DNA of 32,000 bases from NCBI RefSeq assembly GCF_000196355.1, contig NC_007614.1:2130001-2162000 (forward strand), in the 5' to 3' direction. A program made the position numbers and the translations under genes. Positions 29,177 through 32,000 of the stretch are shown piece by piece. The notes below the pieces were generated by a model, which was given only the letters and a program-made list of their open reading frames with translations, had not been told where the DNA came from and ran no database searches. This DNA is from Nitrosospira multiformis ATCC 25196. GTDB taxonomy: Bacteria > Pseudomonadota > Gammaproteobacteria > Burkholderiales > Nitrosomonadaceae. Numbering within the stretch: the first letter of the stretch is position 1; every line of letters starts with the position of its first letter.

Positions 29177-29988
29177 GGTTCACTCCGTCGCTGCGCGGGG
29201 TCCTGACGATAAAACAGCGCGAGTTGCTCATATACTGCCGGGAAGTGTATTCTGACAGAGATAGGCATTTCGAAAAAAGCTTCGCTGATCACCGCGAAGA
29301 ATTCTGCCGGACTCTCGGCCGCATAAAGGTCGATTTCCATCATCTCCCCGGCATCGATACTCCTGCAAAAATCCGCATAAGCTTTACTGAACGCTTCACT
29401 CCATGCCTGCCGGCTCATATCCGGATGTATGGGAGGAAAACCGTTAGCCTCTCCATTCAGCATATCCAGCTTGTGGGCGAATTCGTGTATGACAACATTG
29501 TATCCCTGGCTGATCTCGGTCCCTGACACAGCGGCCACCGCGTCTTCCCAGGAGAGAATCACCGGTCCACCGAGCCAGGACTCGCCGGACGCAGGCTCCA
29601 CTGCGTGGTGCACTATGCCGTCCTCATCCACATATTCATAATCGCGAATAAATTCACCTGGATAGACGATGATTTCTACCCAGCCATCGTAATAATCGAG
29701 ATCGAGATTCAGGATCAGAATGCACGCCTGTGCAGCGATCAGTACGCGCATTTCGTCGGTGATTACCAGTCCGTGGGCACCGCTGATTTGCTTGACATGG
29801 AGAAACAGTACGACGCATTCCCGCAAGCGCTCGAGCTCAACCGCTTCGAGCGCCTGCAGGAACCGCAGGCGGGCTATCGCGTTCTGCCAGATATCATCGG
29901 GGACGGAGTGATTCTCGATGATACGGCGGCGATACCAGGATTTGATGTTCGAGAGCATGGGGGATTTTCTGGATATATCCTCCTGCAT
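29173..29988 (-). CDS. Zinc-dependent peptidase of the M90/MtfA-like family
   Basis: 271 aa. Metal-binding motif VVIHEFAHKLD with a downstream E...EFFA. Length and layout are as in MtfA (DUF980/Peptidase_M90). Confidence 0.7.
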   Translation of the reverse strand: MQEDISRKSPMLSNIKSWYRRRIIENHSVPDDIWQNAIARLRFLQALEAVELERLRECVVLFLHVKQISGAHGLVITDEMRVLIAAQACILILNLDLDYYDGWVEIIVYPGEFIRDYEYVDEDGIVHHAVEPASGESWLGGPVILSWEDAVAAVSGTEISQGYNVVIHEFAHKLDMLNGEANGFPPIHPDMSRQAWSEAFSKAYADFCRSIDAGEMMEIDLYAAESPAEFFAVISEAFFEMPISVRIHFPAVYEQLALFYRQDPAQRRSEP

Positions 29989-30004
29989 GTGATGCCGGCG
30001 GAAT

Positions 30005-31147
30005 TTATCTGGAGTTTTCTTCGTCCGCCGGTTGCATCACTGGCGTTTCCATTTCCAGTTGAGGCAGCTCGAGATCCACGGCCTCTATGCGGGCAAAGCG
30101 TTGACTTATCTTCCGGCTTGAAACATGTACCTCTTCCACATCCTGATTGGCCTGGCGGATATGGTCTGCAAGTTTTTTCATGCGCTCGTCAAAGCGTGCA
30201 AAATCCTTGCCCAGCCTGGACAGTTCGTTCTTGATGATGTGTACCTGCTCGCGCGTTTCGATATCCTTGAGCACCGCACGCGCGGTATTCAGTACCGCCA
30301 TCAGGGTGGTAGGCGAAACTATCCAGACCTGCTTCTGCATGGCGTAATCGACTATGTCCGAATGATAGGCATGGATTTCGGCGAAAACGGCCTCCGCCGG
30401 TACGAACATCACCGCTCCATCGCAGGTTTCCGGCGGCAGGATATATTTACCGGCAATGTCGTCCACATGTTTTTTCACGTCCGCCTTGAACTGCTTCTGC
30501 GCCAGGGCACGGCTCGTGTCATCCGTATGACGATCGAACATGCGATGAAAATTTTCCAGCGGAAATTTTGAATCGACCGCGACCATGCCCGTTGGAGGCG
30601 GTAGCTTCAGCACACAATCGGCGCGGCTGCTGTTGGAAAGCGTATGCTGCATTTCATATGCAGAGGGCGGCAGGATATTGCGAACCAGCGCTTCCAGTTG
30701 CACTTCGCCAAACGCGCCGCGCGAGCGTTTGTCGCCCAGAAGTTCCTGCAGGCTCACCATATTGGTGGTCAGGCTGTCGATCTTCTTCTGGGCTTCATCG
30801 ATCGTCGCAAGCCGCGTCATGACGCTGGTGAAAGTCTCATTGGTTTTCCTGAACCCTTCGTCGAGACGTTCAGCCACCCTCCCGCTGATCTGGTCCAGCC
30901 GCGCTTCCACCGTTCCCCGCAGTTGATCGGAATTCCTGCCCAGGACCTCGGAAAGCCGGTTGCCCTGGTTCGACAGCCCTTCATGCAAATCCTTGAGCAT
31001 GTCGCGATGCTTGTCTTCCATCAGCCTTGCCTGCTGCCCCAGCAGTTCGCGCACCATGGTCGAAAGCATACCGAGCCGGATCACCAGATAGGCCATGGTG
31101 ACAAGCAAAATCGCGGCAGCAGTAATGATCAGCAGGTAGTCTGGCAT
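30005..31147 (-). CDS. rmuC: DNA recombination protein RmuC
   Basis: N-terminal TM helix, long coiled coil, and a C-terminal nuclease-like region (PDCVLKLP-type ADCVLKLP, VAVDSKFPLE, MFVPAEAVFAE). Confidence 0.85.
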   Translation of the reverse strand: MPDYLLIITAAAILLVTMAYLVIRLGMLSTMVRELLGQQARLMEDKHRDMLKDLHEGLSNQGNRLSEVLGRNSDQLRGTVEARLDQISGRVAERLDEGFRKTNETFTSVMTRLATIDEAQKKIDSLTTNMVSLQELLGDKRSRGAFGEVQLEALVRNILPPSAYEMQHTLSNSSRADCVLKLPPPTGMVAVDSKFPLENFHRMFDRHTDDTSRALAQKQFKADVKKHVDDIAGKYILPPETCDGAVMFVPAEAVFAEIHAYHSDIVDYAMQKQVWIVSPTTLMAVLNTARAVLKDIETREQVHIIKNELSRLGKDFARFDERMKKLADHIRQANQDVEEVHVSSRKISQRFARIEAVDLELPQLEMETPVMQPADEENSR

Positions 31148-31294
31148 TATTTTTTGAAGTATACCGGAGAATTGTCCAGAGAATGTCTTTACCTGCCTGC
31201 TTTTCCTGATTAGGAGAAAACCCGTCGGTTGCCTCGGAAAAGCGTTCCATCAAACAGCAGAGCGAAATCTGGAATCGGGAAATTACTCCGGAAG

Positions 31295-31750
31295 TTATCT
31301 TGCCCGGCCGGCTTGATACAATTCACTTTGCATCTGGAGCTTCCGCCATCTCTCCTGGCGCTGCTTGGAGCGCTCCTCGTAGCTGCTCAATCGCTGCTTG
31401 CTTTCATGGCTTTTCTCGGCCCGCTCCTTACGCGCCTTCCTGCCCGCCCGACGCCTGGTCTCGACGGATCTTTCCTGTCCCAAGGCATCTTTCGGTCTCA
31501 CCTCCTCCGAAGCCTCTTCCCAAGGGCGCGATTCTCTCGGATTCGGCTGCAAGGGTTTCGTCTCCAACGGGTTGGCGGCCCATGGACGCACTTCCCAAGG
31601 CTTTGGCTCGCTGCCTTCCTTCCCGCGCTGTGCCTGGGTTTTCTGAGTCCCGGGCTTTCCCCACGGATTATCGTCAGATGCCGCAACGGGCTGTACGATC
31701 AACATCGCAAAACCGAGCGGTGCCATCAACCGGGTAAAATGCATGTTCAT
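31295..31750 (-). CDS. Hypothetical secreted protein with P/W-containing short repeats and a highly charged C-terminal half
   Basis: AAGGAGG SD 9 nt upstream of the ATG. Signal peptide MNMHFTRLMAPLGFAMLIVQPVAA/SDD. Repeats NPWGKPG, KPWEVRPW and SRPWEE. K/R/E-rich tail. The opposite-strand ORFs here look like antisense artefacts. Confidence 0.6.
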   Translation of the reverse strand: MNMHFTRLMAPLGFAMLIVQPVAASDDNPWGKPGTQKTQAQRGKEGSEPKPWEVRPWAANPLETKPLQPNPRESRPWEEASEEVRPKDALGQERSVETRRRAGRKARKERAEKSHESKQRLSSYEERSKQRQERWRKLQMQSELYQAGRAR

Positions 31751-31792
31751 ATTCCATTACCTCCTTTCACAAGGTAACAATCCAATCATCGT

Positions 31793-32000
31793 TTATATCA
31801 GCCGCCCCTGTTGCGCAGGATAAAAAATTCTCACGCCCTCCGCCTGTGCCCATGGAGTCAGTGAATGCGGTTTTCGGCCGTGGTTATCGATGATGTCTTC
31901 CACCCGCACCCCCCGGACGACAAGCGCGTCCGCAATCAACGAACGATGGCATCGCCAGGGAACGGCCTCGGCGCACATCAATGCGCAGCGGTCATGGGCA
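31793..32000 (-). CDS. DUF488-family protein; its 5' end lies beyond the right edge of the window
   Basis: LMCAEAVPWRCHRSLIADALVVRGVRVEDI is the conserved C-terminal DUF488 signature. The frame stays open upstream to position 32000 (AHDRCAL...). Confidence 0.7.
   Translation of the reverse strand, partial: AHDRCALMCAEAVPWRCHRSLIADALVVRGVRVEDIIDNHGRKPHSLTPWAQAEGVRIFYPAQQGRLI

Noticed and set aside
31229-31777. 182-aa plus-strand ORF overlapping the secreted-protein gene.
   Set aside because: R/L/P-rich with no SD. The minus-strand frame has a strong SD and a canonical signal peptide, so I chose it as the real gene.

Overview
This window is mostly core chromosome. Gene order and protein similarities look betaproteobacterial, but I cannot name the species from sequence alone. 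Left to right, the genes are:
- A partial GlpC/HdrD-like Fe-S protein and a rubredoxin-less rubrerythrin (both -).
- A D-2-hydroxyacid dehydrogenase and an EamA transporter (-).
- The succinylase-branch lysine genes dapC-dapD-dapE (+), then a small orphan ORF (-).
- prmB (+), rluB (-), and the conserved ffs-dnaX-ybaB-recR cluster (-).
- An ORF-poor stretch of about 2.1 kb (12.4-14.6 kb) ending at an initiator tRNA-fMet (-).
- Two tandem paralogous orphan response regulators, REC-GGDEF and REC-PAS (+).
- The rimP-nusA-infB-rbfA-truB operon (-).
- An acetyl-CoA synthetase gene split by a frameshift (+), then an MBL-fold hydrolase (+).
- greB coupled to a TrmH-family methyltransferase (-).
- rmuC, then an M90/MtfA-like peptidase coupled to glk (-).
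- A small secreted PW-repeat protein (-) and a partial DUF488 gene (-).

I found no CRISPR array, no intact mobile element and no clear new multi-gene system. The only accessory-looking DNA is 12.4-14.6 kb. It holds tyrosine-recombinase relics, an orphan BrnA/CopG-like antitoxin-domain gene with an in-frame 45-bp tandem duplication, and a compact 60-bp repeat element. I read it as a decayed integrated element at tRNA-fMet.

Other points worth checking:
- The 2-nt frameshift in acs.
- A terminator-like hairpin in the rimP-nusA leader.
- The orphan response-regulator pair wedged after truB.
- Several 4-nt translational couplings.

All functional calls rest on my recognition of translated motifs. 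No database search was run.
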